Below are positions 49,301 through 62,909 of a stretch of DNA of 64,000 nt, piece by piece (the first letter of the stretch is position 1; each line of letters begins with the position of its first letter). The stretch is from Enoplolaimus lenunculus (Eukaryota), in assembly GCA_030248215.1 (NCBI GenBank), contig JASANG010003910.1:124001-188000 (forward strand). The letters are read 5' to 3'. The notes under the pieces were generated by a model. That model saw nothing but the letters and a program-made list of their open reading frames with translations, was not told the origin of the DNA and made no database searches. Position numbers and translations under genes: made by a program.

Positions 49301-51764
49301 CTTGGTTCATTTGAATGTAATCGGTTTCAACGTTTAATGCTGCTTTTACGGCGTTTTAGGACCTGGTATTTATTGTTTTAATACCTTTTGTAAATTTAAA
49401 CTTTTAGTAGTGACGAGCATTCATACTGTATCGACCGTATATATGTATATATATTTTGAACACATTACATGGATTTTAATGGGTGCGCGAAACAATTTCG
49501 TATGGTGATTGGTCACTTTGTATTTATTATTTTCTATTTGGTTACTGAAATTGAGGCGTGTTACAGTTTGCACAAAATGAGTACATACCTTTATATTCGG
49601 TTTCGATTAATCACCTTCTGTACGTATGGGCGTAGTGAAGATTTTGGTGTCGGAAGACGACAAGTTTTATATGTAGTTTTATATCTAAATAAAATGATTT
49701 TTCCAGTGGATTTTTTTATTCAGAATAACTTCTGCGAATGCACCGGAGGGAGGGGCCACTACGTCCTTGGCCCTCGTATGGTTACGCCAGTGTGATGTAC
49801 GTATATACGTATATATAGGTTTGCAGTATCGCCAACAAGTTATCACACGTGATCAAAAGTAATAGAATGGCTTGGAACCTAAGCATGCATTTTGTTCAGA
49901 GCTAATGTCTTGTGCTATTAAAGCCTAAAGGTGTTGTGTAATAATTCCATTTTTTTCTACGATTAAAGCCTTAACTCGCAGGATTTTCAAATTAAACTGC
50001 ATTATTTACAAAAATAATGTTTATATGTGATTTTATGTAGGCTCACCAAATGCGGTCACGTTGTAGAAGTGAGATTTTTTGTTGACAGTAAATTTAAATC
50101 GCAACCAGTATTTTTATTTTGTTCGGCATTGCTTGTTAAAATCATAGTGCAATGTGCAATAAGCACGAAATGACATGCGGTAGTGAGTGCAGTTTCACAT
50201 ACAAGATTAGTTTGTAGAAAAAGGCGAGAAGATTTCAGGGGTGAGCAAGAAAAAGCTTCCTAACATGAAATCTGCGAATGGTGTTGAAAAAAGTTCCGAC
50301 CAGGTGGCGAAGCTTTCCGGCGTTGGATCGGCGCCCCCTCGCCCCCCATAGTTAATATCGGGATTGAGTGAGTTGAAAATATGCCGGAAGTAAACGAATA
50401 AATTCCTTTGACAAGAGCTGACATTTTACTTTGTTTATTTTTGGAGTATACGACTATTTATACTAGCTTAAGCGCATAGTTTAACTCGGAAAATGAGGTT
50501 ATGCACCGAATCTGTTTTTTTGTTTTTATGCAGCGTTTAATGTCAGTCGTCATAGCAACATTTCGTTATGAAAATTGTTTCCATTTTGAGGAACTATATA
50601 TATAGACACCCAAAATTCGTGAGAGTTTGAGAAATTTCGCAGATGATATGATTTTTGAATTTTAAAACATTTAACACTGCATGCCGACGTGTCGCACGAT
50701 ATATACTTGAGAATAGCGAGCGAGTGAAGCTAAACTAAAGCTGGAAGCAAAACACAATTTTAGTATATGCTAAGTGTTAACAAAAATTTTGTCTTTAAAC
50801 TTTAACCCTGTTGTGGTTGCTAGGCCTGGCTGGCCCGCCTTGGATCAACCAGCGAGGGGCCGTTGCACGAAGCTGTTTGGTTTTTAATGGTAGCCATTTA
50901 TTCTGTTATCTAACTCCCGATATAAACCTATGTTTCCTCCAAATTACATTGTGTAAAAAGCGTATTACACGTTTATATACGTACTCCCATTAACCCTTTA
51001 GATGAGGTTTGAAAATCTGATTTGATTATATCGTTATATTTTGCGCGGGGCAAAGTTCACTGTTTATTGTTCCGCTTTCCTGTGTTTTTAAAACATTTTT
51101 GTATTTCGATCGACGATGTTGTTGTCTCGTAATGAAGTGCGCAAACACAGTAGACTAATTGGAATTTTGGTACTTTTTAATGAAATTATGTCATTATAAT
51201 TAGTTGGCGTGAAGATTAAGCTTTTACCAAAGTCTTTTATTTGTCTTCACGAGTCAAGGTTTCAACGTGTCCACGCCGCGTCAAGGTTGGGTGCAATGTT
51301 GAGTAGGGCCCTTATTCACAAATGTGTATAGCACTTATCACCAGTTAATGATTACGTTTTTCGTACTTACTAGCAGCTCGTGCAGTTGCGAAGCTCAAGT
51401 TGTGCATATAAGTAGATCAATTTAAATCTGAAAAATGTGTTCAATTTCTGGTGACAGGTGCTGCATACATTTGAGAATAAAGACATAGTTTATAAGTTAA
51501 TGTTCGGAAATATAAGCGAGTTTGAATTATAATTTAAAGTCTTCAATAAAACGTTTGAAAAATGGTCAATATTGACAGTTTCTGTTGTCCATTATTTAGA
51601 TCTTATTTTTTGGAATAGTCATGTGAATGAAAATGAATGAAATTTACGTTTGAGGTTGGAGACTTCGACCACATTCAAATTACCAATTACGTATACGAAT
51701 ACTGTTGTCTTTAGTTTGTGCGAGAACGTGCACATTTGCTAAGTCTCGTAACACACATGTGTTG

Positions 51765-52140
51765 CAGGGTGCAACCGGAATTACAATTTACCGGAACCGG
51801 AACCGGAATTTGAAAATTTTACCGGAACCGGAAAGTGAAAAATGCATTTCACCAAAAATTTCATTTTATTCTTATTTTTTGCTCTATTATTTGTGAAATA
51901 ACCTTAGTCGAACATAGGTATTTGTTGTATTTTAGATTTTCGTCGTCGACTGAAGTGAAATCCACCATCATTGGCATATATTTGGAGTACAAGTGGCTTT
52001 CAAAAGAGATTCTTAAAAATTAGCAAAGTTAAGAAAACGGCCAAATTGTAACACCGGAATTTTTAAATCCGGTAAAAATTTACCGGAACCGGAACCGGAA
52101 GGTGAAAAAATGCCGGAACCGGAATTCCGGTTGCACCCTG
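51765..52140. mobile_element. hAT-type MITE (family A)
   Basis: Perfect TIRs; TSD ATGTGTTG on both sides. Confidence 0.92.
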
Positions 52141-54626
52141 ATGTGTTGGCTAGTTTAAAGAGTTCATGTCAGTAGAGTAAACAACATCAATGAGCGTTTT
52201 GATCACTGATGACGTTTTACTTAAAGTAAGCCGGATTTCTGTTGATTCCAAGTATGATTTACAAATGACCGACTTTATTGGGTTTAATATATATAATGTT
52301 TGATAATCTTATATCGGACTAGAGTCGAAGCCGGTGAATTAATTCAAATGTAATACTAGATGGAGATGGCATTTTCATTCCGAAACGTAGCTAGCAATTC
52401 TTTCTTCCGTAGCCTAAAGTATCCCGACTGTTTACGTGAAAAAGCTTAACATCTCACGCCGAAGCATTTTTAACAACACTTTAACCCTGTTCTTTTATTC
52501 TACGTTTGTAGTGTTGCGTTCAGTTGCAATATTTGTTTTGCCCATGTTACTTCTAAGTGCGTCCTGCTTTCTCAAGGTACTATAAAACAGATGTGACTTA
52601 CGATTAAGGCTATTATTTTAGCTTCGGATTAGACGTACATAGATTTATTGTTACGCGGACGTTTCGACTCAGTGTTAGGAATATGATTTTGCTGCGATAC
52701 ATACTGTTCTGTTATAGCCCTAAAATAACACTGGTCATTGTTATCAGGTTTGCCAGTGTATTGTAACCAATAAACATTGTGACCGTACACGGGCGCATGC
52801 AAACATTTACATTACCTATATATGACAGAAAAAATATGTAAAAGTAAGTTAATCAGTTCCGCGTTAAGTTGTGCCCGTGCACCGTTCACAATCTTTGGAA
52901 TTAATGATCCGGCTCCGGCCGGATACTAGATTATCCGGGCATTTTTTTTTTTTTGGTTTTCGGTCGCACCCTGACATCATATGTTGTGCCCCAAGAACCT
53001 GTTTGTCGTCGTCAAAACGTGGGACGTCTCAAATTCGCAGCTTTTATAAATCAAACGTTGAATTCGATTTCTGCGAGCAGTATTACATGTCTGCTTAAAT
53101 TACAACGCACTTTGTTTGTTTTAGGCGGCCGTTGCAGCCACAAATCAATCGAATTCAGCCGGCAAACGTCGAGCAGCACCCCGCAAGACGGCTTTAGTGA
53201 AAGAGCGCGCCCCTCGAACGCTGTACTGTTGTACTCAGAAAAATCCATTTCGTAAATTTTGCATTACGGTTTGCGAATGGAGGTACGCAAGTATGCAACA
53301 CGGAAACAGCAGCAATTTTGGCTGTTGCAGCCTTTCACTACATATATATATTAAATTAAATTTTAGGTTTAGACAAAGGCTTATCTTAGGTACAGGTGAC
53401 CCTTTCAAAAAGCCTTAGCGTTAACGTGCGAAAAGTGTACAAAAGCCGAATTTTACAAAGATTTTTTTTGTTTTTATTCACTTTGTGAACGGAGTTAATT
53501 TTCGTGACACTAATAGTCGCGATTGGAATGAAAAACAGACGATACAAACGTTTTACCTTTAACTACAGATCGTGAATGGTTTGTCAAAATGGCACACACT
53601 CACTAACTGACTGTTATAAATATCAAAACTGTTTGTTCCTAGTAATGATGTTTCAGACCTTTCGAGTGGCTTATATTGGCAACGATTTTTGCGAATTGCT
53701 TCGCGTTGGCAGTGTATACGCCGTTTCCGAAGGGCGACTCCAATGCGTCAAACGCTGTTTTGGTAAGTGAGTAATTTTTGTCGTGTATGGCGAGAATGTT
53801 CAAGTTTTTTGGTTGTGTTTTTTTTGTTCAGTGGTAAAAAAACTCGCGAAGGTCAAGCCAAACGCCATTCTAGCAGTAAACTACCAAATTTTAGTTTTTA
53901 ATCCTTTGGGCTTCAAGTCTTGCTGGCGAAAAATTTGTGATGCAGGTTTAGTAACAAACGTTGTTTCAGAGCCAGATTAACGTAATTACGTACTTATTTG
54001 GTTCAGCGTTATATTGTATGTATTTCATTGTTAACTGACATTTTACGCTCTGTCATAAATATTGTATTAAATTTTTAATTTGTTGTTTGTGATACGAATG
54101 TTACGTATGTTAAACGAGGTACGTACGAAATGTGAGGATTCAGCAAGGTTCGTTGTTTTTTATTATTTCATAAGCTATATTTTATGTATATATTTTAACG
54201 GGAAGACTAGTTCGCTGTTACACATGTTTATGTATTTATGTTAGATGTTCATGTACGTATATATACACATATATCGTAAATCATTAGTTTCGGTTAGCCG
54301 AACACCGAGATTGCCATAGGGTTGATAAACGGCTATATTTCGTTTACTGTCAAAGAGCTCAAGCTTGTTTCGCAGAGAAAATGTTATTCGTACGTATGTG
54401 TATACCTACCCTTAGTTTTTAGTGAACAAAGTGTTGTGTAGGGATTCAGTTATGCTTGATATGATGTGATATTGGCTACTAAGGCGAGGGTTGCACTCTT
54501 ATACACTTCCCGCACTTTTTGAAATTGTCTGATTTTGGCACAACTTAGACTGAGGATTGGGTTAGGTTTAGGTGTTATCTCACGCTTAGGTCTAGGCGTA
54601 AGCATATGTGGGGAGATTAATACAAG

Positions 54627-54888
54627 CAAGGTGCGACAGGGTATCCGGTTCCGGTTAAATAGCCGGAAAAACTGATATCCCAATCCGGTTTCGGTATCCG
54701 GTATAAACTTACTGGATACCGGCTATTTACGGTTGTAGTGCCGAATATCATAAAATTCTTATCTTGTTGCGATTAAATTTCTAGGCAAGTCAGGAAGTTC
54801 AAGTTTTAAGGCGAAGAGTATATACAGCGAAAAAGGAATTATTTTAACATATGCAATATCCGGTAAATTAATATCCGGTCGCTTCCTG
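54627..54888. mobile_element. hAT-type MITE (family B, decayed)
   Basis: CAAGGTGCGAC...ATATCCGGTCGCTTCCTG; flanks AATACAAG / ATTACAGG (6 of 8 match). Confidence 0.6.
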
Positions 54889-55699
54889 ATTACAGGTATA
54901 TATCTGAGTTATATACGTAATGGATAACCAGGCGCCAAAATACATAATGGGTTGTGTTCAGGCTGCAAAAGAATCTCTTTTGAAAGCCACTTGTACTCCG
55001 AATATAAGCCATTGATGGTGGATTTTACTTCACCCGAATTATGAAAATCTAAAATACAACAAATAAAATAAATACCTACGTTCGACTAAGGTTATTTCAC
55101 AAATAATAGAGCAAACGATAGGATTAAAATGAAATTTTTGGTGAAATGCATTTTTCACTTTCCGGTTCCGGTAAAATTTTTCTTGGTTGTGTCAGTAACG
55201 AATTTACATAATTTACCTAGTGATATCTTGGTTCACAACGTGATAAAATTAAGTTATACATTTGGGACAACTTTAGAATTCCAGTTTCAACTGCGTCTGA
55301 TTAATATATACCAAAACATGCTAGCAAAACAGAAGCAGAAGTACTGTCAAGTTTATTATTTGGTTTGAATCTCTTGCTATCTCTGCTAAAACCCTAAAAA
55401 ATGTAGCTAATTTTTAATTTTTTCCATCTATGTCTAGTCTATATATTGCTAGTTTAATCATAAGTTGAAGACATACCAATTGATTATACACGTGTAGCAT
55501 TCTATGCGAAAACAGTTAAAATGAAGTGTTCAACTTGATATTTTTCTGTTTCAGCTTAAATATAGAATATTCAAAACGGAACACAATGCATCACAATTCA
55601 TATTATATATACATTGCATTTGCCCGTAAAGATGCCCCCAGGGCCGAAAAAGTTTACAGTTGCTTAAATATTACATAAATATGTGTACATTGACAAAGG

Positions 55700-55992
55700 C
55701 TGCAAGTCGAAATTGTCAGTATAGGTAGGAACCGGGACTTCAGAACTTTCGATTTTCAACAAGGTCGTCCCTTGACTGTCCATCCTATTTTCGACTGGAT
55801 ACCGTGCTCATAGCGCGGCAGTTTACCATTGCGATCTCGGCGTAGCCCCCATGTCAGTCTAGGTAGGAACCGGGACTTCAGACCTTTCTACTATAAGCAG
55901 TTGGAAAAGCGGGCTGGAGCGGGGATCGAACTCTCAGCCTATGGATCCTTAAGCGAGCACTCTACCACTGCGACACGTAGTCCGCCTCTCCA
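55700..55992 (-). mobile_element. tRNA-derived SINE-like repeat
   Basis: The reverse complement begins GGAGAGGCGGACTACGTGTCGCAGTGGTAGAGTGCTCGC...GAGAGTTCGATCCCCGC (A and B boxes) and has no clear acceptor stem. Internal repeat tgtcagt.taggtaggaaccgggacttcaga occurs twice. The 3' limit is approximate. Confidence 0.55.
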
Positions 55993-57257
55993 ACTGCATT
56001 TTTTGCCGAGTATATGTGTCGACCGTATGCTCCCAGCTAGCATACATACAGTGCACTGCACTCTATTGCATGTGCGCATAACAGACAAGCATTTCTCACA
56101 TGCTGACAGAAATCATCTTACCTAATTTGCTAAATCTAGAAATTAATACATAAGCCAATCAAAATGTTCTGGCCATGGCTAAACTATTGGTTGATAAATT
56201 CAAATTCTCCAGTATGTATGTATGTATACCTCGTGCATCAAGTACGTATATTATCTTTTGAGTTGACATTTTGTTGAATTTGTTTACGGTTTATGTTTGG
56301 CACGAAGTAGCGTGATTAGCCGTTGTAACTCATATATACTGTATAATCAGTTCATCACAATGATAAGTATTGCGGCTGAAAAGTTAATAATTTTATTATT
56401 CAATATTTATGATCTTCTGTAGTACATGTTGTAGTGCCATAGTATCGTGTCTCTATGTTGCCCTGTTTTGTGCTGTATCTATGCTTTTTTTACGTTTTGG
56501 TGTATCGCGCGACCAGGGACGCATAGAATGGCTTATTAAAGGGAAATATCTCGTCTGTAAGTTTCTGGTGACAGGATAAACACGGCAGTTTTATAAGTTA
56601 TTGCAATTTATTTGGCTAGATTGTAGAGTCCGCAAAAATGAGGTCTACCCGATCGAAATGAAGTCAACCGCTGGCTACACCCCTGTACGTGACAGTGGCG
56701 GCTGATAGTTCGTGTTTTCTTTTTGCTGATCAACTTCTTGAGCAAGCACGAGAGGAAAGAGATCTTTGCACACGTGCACGCAAAGAAGCAACACTAAAGC
56801 GTATAGTTGCCGCATTGGCGGACGCGTTTTGGTTTATAGCGTTTCGCAACAAGTTTTATCTGTGAGCAGTTAGTCAGGACCAGGGACTGTATATCTTGGC
56901 ATCAGATGAATTTTGATTAGAACTTGGGTGGATGTGATAAGTTTTCAAGTACACTGGATGAGTATAAATGGGTAAAACGAGGTAAAAAATAATAAATTAA
57001 TTGTAAGAGGTTATTGTTTTTGTTTCGAAATTATTTCTCGTATGGTGCTGTTGCTGTTGTGCACTTTGTCCTCACAGGCTTAGGCCCTTAGGCATCTACC
57101 GATGTTTCGGAAAAGATTTATTGAAGCCTAAATCTATGCCTAAGACTTATTTTGGCCAGATTTCTGCCCAATACGGGGCTTTCTGTCACGTGGTGGTTAA
57201 TTTCCCTCCGAATCCTGAGGCCCCACGTCTCACTTTCATCTCTTCAGATGCGACACA

Positions 57258-57669
57258 CAGAGTGCGACCGGATCCCAAAAAACCGGATACCGGAACCGGA
57301 ACCGGATGTTAACCGGATAGTGTTTTTAAAATAAACAATTTTTAGCACGTTAATGCGGCAGTAAATGTTAATTTATTTCTCTTTAGTAAACGGAATTTGC
57401 GTTTATATTTAGGAGAGTGCCCTAATACTTGAACATAATTGTGTGAAGCTGCAAATTATTGGTTTGTTTCGATAATAAAATCCGAATCGCTGCCTTAACC
57501 ATATGCAAAAAATACTGCTTTAATCCAATACTGTATACTTACATGTAATGGGTCTGATAACATAACATCTCACAACATAATTTGCAATAATTTGACATTT
57601 ACGAAAACATCACCGAAGTGGGTTTTTTGTCGGATAGTAAACAGGAGCCGGATATCCGGTCGCACCCTG
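57258..57669. mobile_element. hAT-type MITE (family B)
   Basis: CAGAGTGCGACCGGAT / ATATCCGGTCGCACCCTG; TSD GCGACACA on both sides. Confidence 0.88.
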
Positions 57670-59228
57670 GCGACACATATATGTAAATATTTTAATTTGT
57701 GCATACTTTTATAAGTACTTAGAATGACTACAATTGGATAAAACGAAATAGAGAATAAATGCACGAGAAATTTTTTATTTTAGGACCTTGGCTTTGGTCA
57801 GTGGCGCGGCGGATCTAAAAAATCATGGTGGGGGGATGCACAAATGGAAAATGTTAAGTTTTGGCACATGTTTACACATATTTTTACGCATATAAAACAG
57901 CCACAAGTCACACATAAACTCATACGTAAACGAGAAGAACCTCAAAGTAGAGGTGATGCACTCATTAATGATGATTTTGCATAAATTTCTAGCCTATGAT
58001 ATCTTGGTTGTTACTAAGACGAAGATGTTTTATGTTCTTTTTCCCGTATTTTCAACAATCATTATAAGTGCCATTAGAGCTTACGTTGGTTTTCACCGTG
58101 AAAAAAATTTACACGCGGCAGCCGGTGGGAGATGCATCCCTCCCATACCGCCTGGATCAGCCCTGACTTTGGTCAATCTTCAAAAACCGCTGTATATCCT
58201 AACCATTATATACTCTATACATTTCTTATGTGGTTAAAAATAACTGAAAGACAATGGCTTAAACTGTAAAAATTAGCGTACGCTAGTGATTGATGCAATT
58301 GAACGGTAAACGGTATACTGAACAGTGGAACGGTATTATACATTCGATTTCGAGTGTTATATGTCATCTTAAATGTACATTGCTTTGCTGAGCTTTTAAA
58401 ATTTGGTTTTGTTCTTGTTTCTTAGTTTATTTACCAAACTGCACCATCGAACACAGTGTCGTAGCCAAAGCCATAATTTAGCCCAATCCTTAATTGGGCT
58501 GTGGACCAAAATGGAATTACGACTTGTATTAGTTCTCGTTCTCCTGCGTAACTAAAACGAAAACCTGTTTGGTATTCGCATCCGGTTCCGGTAGCGAAGG
58601 AGCGTAATACTATATTACATGCCGAAATAGTGTGCCTAGAACACAGTATGGATACGTAGTGTGAAGAGGTGGGGTAGTATGAATTAGGTTAAATACATAT
58701 GCGTGGTCTAGATTTATTATATACTATATAAAGTGTGTTTGTGCACTAGCTATACGCTTATTTAATACCGCCGTTTAGCTTTTATTGGATAGCGGCGCCG
58801 CTGCATTGTAAATATAGTCTTGATTAAATTTCCGCCACCGTTTTAGGCTGTCAGTGAAAACAGTAATCACTGACATTACATTAAGTTGGCATAAAATACA
58901 GGCTCGGGCTGTCCGCCGCTGATTGAAAATGAATAAAACGTTACAGTGTAGTTGGATTTTTGCCTATTGTCACTTTCCACATGGGCTCACGCTTAACTTT
59001 TGGGAACGGTTGATCTGAGCCTAAGCCTACATCACTTTTACCTAAGCCTGACCGGAGCGTCGTAAGCCAAAATCTACGTCTCAGCCGTTAATATAAGCGG
59101 AGAAGTGTACCAAAGCCGAATGGAACCGAATATCTGATTACTCGGTACATATCTAATATTTGTATACGTACTTGCCTGAGAATGATTTGGTATGAAAAGT
59201 AAAGCTTGGAAGTTTTATATCCGTTCAC

Positions 59229-59607
59229 CAGGGTTCAACCGGAATTCCTATTCCGACCGGAATTCCTGCAAAAATTCAATTCCTGCTCCTGTTCCTACAG
59301 TCCACGATGCAGGAACCGGAATTTTTAAGGTTGTGTGGGAAATTGTGTCTAATGGTTTAAACATTGGAAACTTTGTTTTTAAAAAATTGTTATTTCGACA
59401 TGAGTGTTTTCCAATTGCTTTAATTTTGTTAATAAACTGTTTCTTTTGTGTTTTCGCAAAACTTGATGATGAAACAGCTGAAAATTCGTTCAGGCCATTT
59501 TTTGGCTTTGTTTCTAAAACGTCCGACAGTAATTCGGTAATGAAAAATATTTCAAATTCCTGTACCAGTTCCTGTTCCTGTAAAAGTAAGTTCCTGTTGG
59601 AACGCTG
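59229..59607. mobile_element. MITE family D (CAGGGTTC.ACC termini); related decayed copies near 40329-40680, 41400-41785 and 60940-61304
   Basis: CAGGGTTCAACCGGAATTCC...GTTCCTGTTGGAACGCTG, with a shared core aaacttgatgatgaaa..gctgaaaattcg. No clear TSD. Confidence 0.65.
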
Positions 59608-62154
59608 TCGTCCGCTCAGCTGGCGTTTGCTCAGATGTGGTCTGATTTTGAAAAACTTTTGAGGTACTGATGACCGATGGTTAGATGATGTGTTGTCAAC
59701 TCTTAAATATATATGCCTTTCAGTTACCGCCGGAATGCCGGATGTGGTCTTTAACACGTAGCTGCATTAAATTCATTGCTTCGCTTGTAGTTACCCTTCA
59801 ACGTTTTTATCGTTCACATACATATATATGATCTACGCAATGGTTGTCCCACCACATTAAGCTGGTCCTACTTTTTGAAGACAGTGTTATGTACGTACAA
59901 TTTTTTAAAATGTATATATATATATATGTATTATATATATAAGATAACACACAATTCGAATGAGTGAAGCTGTTCTGTAAACTGATGTTCCGTAAAAAGG
60001 CAGTTTTTCGCTTCGTTGCAAATTGTAAAATAACTGCAAAGTCACTTGTGTATTGTGTGTAATTTTTTGGTAAACTGGCTACAGATGATGACTTAACCCA
60101 CTCTCAGAGGAGAGCCTTGACCCAGATAGCGCATAATTGTGCTCCGGATTCTCTTTTATTGTCTGTCTGTGAACGCGGTGCAAAGTAAAAATGTTAAGTT
60201 GTCATATTTTTGTCACTGTGTTTTTTGTATAGAACGCACACACGCATATATATGTATACGTATTTATTTCAAAATGCAAAATTTATATATTTGAAGCTAA
60301 AATGTGCTGTTTGAAGCCTCTGTTTCTAAGTAGCAGAAACACTCGTACCTCAAAGAGTGTAACTTTTTTGTAAAATGAAGGGCTGATTGAAAATCTTAAC
60401 AGGAACAAGGGACAGGTGAAAACATATTTATACTAAAAACATTCGTTTATATATGTGTCAGCGTAATCCCGTATATATGCTTTCATTGTCAGTGTCAGGT
60501 ATATATATACAGAGTAATCAGGCGGTGTACATGGGCATTGGGTTTAGCCAGGATTATTTTATTGGTTCGCACTCCAATTTATATATATATATATACATAT
60601 CTATATATAAATATATATATAATTACTGAAAAACAATTAGTTGAAAAACCGTTAAGGGAATTGCCCCTTGTTTTTGACCTAAGTTCATAAATTTTTAGTA
60701 GCTCTTATATTTTGGGAGTTGGCGGTAATGAAAGGTTGCCACATTCTTTCGACGCTTCCCCAGGCTGCTGGTGAGTGGAAGCAAGCATCTCCCACTATCA
60801 GGAGGAGAAACTGGGGACATGAAATATGATGAAGAAAAGTAAATTCTTTTCTAGTTGAAAATTCATGTTTCTGCTCTTCGCAACCTTTCTAGATACCACA
60901 AGGATTTTGTACAGAAACAAAAATTTCTGTTGCAAATGCTAGGGTTCCACCGAAATTGCTGCAAAATTTTTGATGCGTGTTTCTTGTGTCAAATGATTTA
61001 AACATTAAAAAATTTTGTACGTAATTGCAAGATTATTAGTCAAATTTTAAGCGTTTCATCTTGTTCAGTTTAGTTCCGTATAAGTTATTAAATAGAAATA
61101 TTTTGATGAATGATTATGTGGAATTTATGAAAACACAAAAAGAAATCGCGGAAAGCTCGCTTAAGACACATTTTTGACAAATATACTAGAAGGTAAAACA
61201 GTAATTCTGTGTTAAAAATTATGTTAAATTCCGGTTCCTGTCCCTGTTTCGTCAAAAAAGTTCAATTTCCATTCCGGCAAAATTTAGTTCCTGTTGGAAA
61301 CCTGTCAGATTCTCTACATTGAAGTACACTATTAAAATTATGTAAATTAGGCATACTTAAAATCTGCGGCTCGTAAATATTTTTTATATTTGCACGGGGT
61401 TGAAAAAAGTGAAAGGATGTGGGTCGTAGTGGAGACGACAGTTCGGATGGGATGGGACCTGGGCATCTACTCCCTCTTCGAAACCACGCAGTTTTGGATA
61501 CGCACAGATTCTACACTAATAGTAATGTCTCAAACGCTCAAAGTTATTATTTACATTTTTGACGTACAACACTTATTTTGATATACCGATTTTCAGAAAT
61601 TCTTTAATCCTAGTTGCTGGTTTTTGTTGATTTAAGGTTTGTTGCCTTAAGTACTCTTTTCCCCAGGTGTATAGGCTTAGGCTCTCAGTTCATCCTTATT
61701 ATGGGGAAAGTGCTAAAAAGACCTTTTATACTGATAATTATTGAGCAGAATTGGTCGTGAATTTCCAGAAATATCATACTTTTTTAATTTAAACTACAAC
61801 ACTTGGTTTTCCGCCTCTTTTGCTATGTATAAATTTCAGCCGCCGTTAATCCCAGACAGATTTAATTAATCAAGTCTTTCTTGAGCCACCAATGGATTAA
61901 CTCAGTGATCAAACTGCACGTAGTGCGAAATTAGCGAACTGATTTAAAACAAAGTTAGGGAGAATATGTTGTTTGTATATGGTTTTTGAGCTAAGAGGTA
62001 TGAATACTGTCTGTATACGTATGTATGTAGCTGTTCCTGTTGCATGTTTCTAGTCATTGAATAGGTCGGGTTAGTAAAGTTTGCATCAGGTGACTTTCCA
62101 CGTATTAAAGGTAACGCTCGTATTCTTAAATGCGTAAATATATATAATATATAT

Positions 62155-62508
62155 CAGGGTACAACCGGAATTCCGATTCCGGCATTTTTTCACCTTCCGG
62201 TTCCGGTTCCGGTAAATTTTTACCGGATTTAAAAATTCCGGTATTATAATTTGGCCGTTTTCTTAACTTTGCTAATTTTTAAGAATCTCTTTTGAAAGCC
62301 ACTTGTACTCCGAATATAAGCCATTGATGGTGGATTTCACTTCAGTCGATGATGAAAATCTAAAATACAACAAATAAAATAAATACCTATGTTCGACTAA
62401 GGTTATTTCACAAATAATAGAGCAAAAAATAAGATTAAAATGAAATTTTTGGTGAAATGCATTTTTTACTTTCAGGTTCCGGTAAATTGTAATTCCGGTT
62501 GCACCCTG
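62155..62508. mobile_element. hAT-type MITE (family A), first of an inverted pair
   Basis: CAGGGTACAACCGG...GGTTGCACCCTG inside an (AT)n tract. Confidence 0.9.
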
Positions 62509-62520
62509 AAATATATATAT

Positions 62521-62909
62521 CAGGGTGCAACCGGAATTACAATTTACCGGAACCGGAACCGGAACCGGAATTTGAAAATTTTACCGGAACCGGAACCGGA
62601 ACCGGAAAATGAAAAATGCATTTCACCAAAAATTTCATTTTAATCGTATTTTTTGCTCTATTATTCGTGAAACAACCTTAGTCGAACACAGGTATTTATT
62701 TTATTTGTTGTATTTTAGATTTTCGTCGTCGACTGAAGTGAAATCCACCATCAACGGCTTATATTCTGAGTACAAGTGGCTTTCAAAAGAGATTCTTAAA
62801 CGGCCAAATTATAACACCGGAATTTTTAAATCCGGTAAAAATTTACCGGAACCGGAACCGGAAGGTGAAAAAATGCCGGAACCGGAACCGGAATTCCGGT
62901 TGCACCCTG
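62521..62909. mobile_element. hAT-type MITE (family A), second of an inverted pair
   Basis: CAGGGTGCAACCGG...GGTTGCACCCTG; opposite orientation to 62155-62508, separated by a 12-bp AT spacer. Confidence 0.9.

Noticed and set aside
55915..55992. tRNA-like sequence, with similar ones near 33590 and 40845
   Set aside because: A and B boxes are present, but there is no convincing cloverleaf or acceptor stem and the copies are diverged; better explained as SINE heads.
59192..59757. Overlapping 156-aa and 169-aa ORFs
   Set aside because: They coincide with a family D MITE; no recognisable domain or splice structure.
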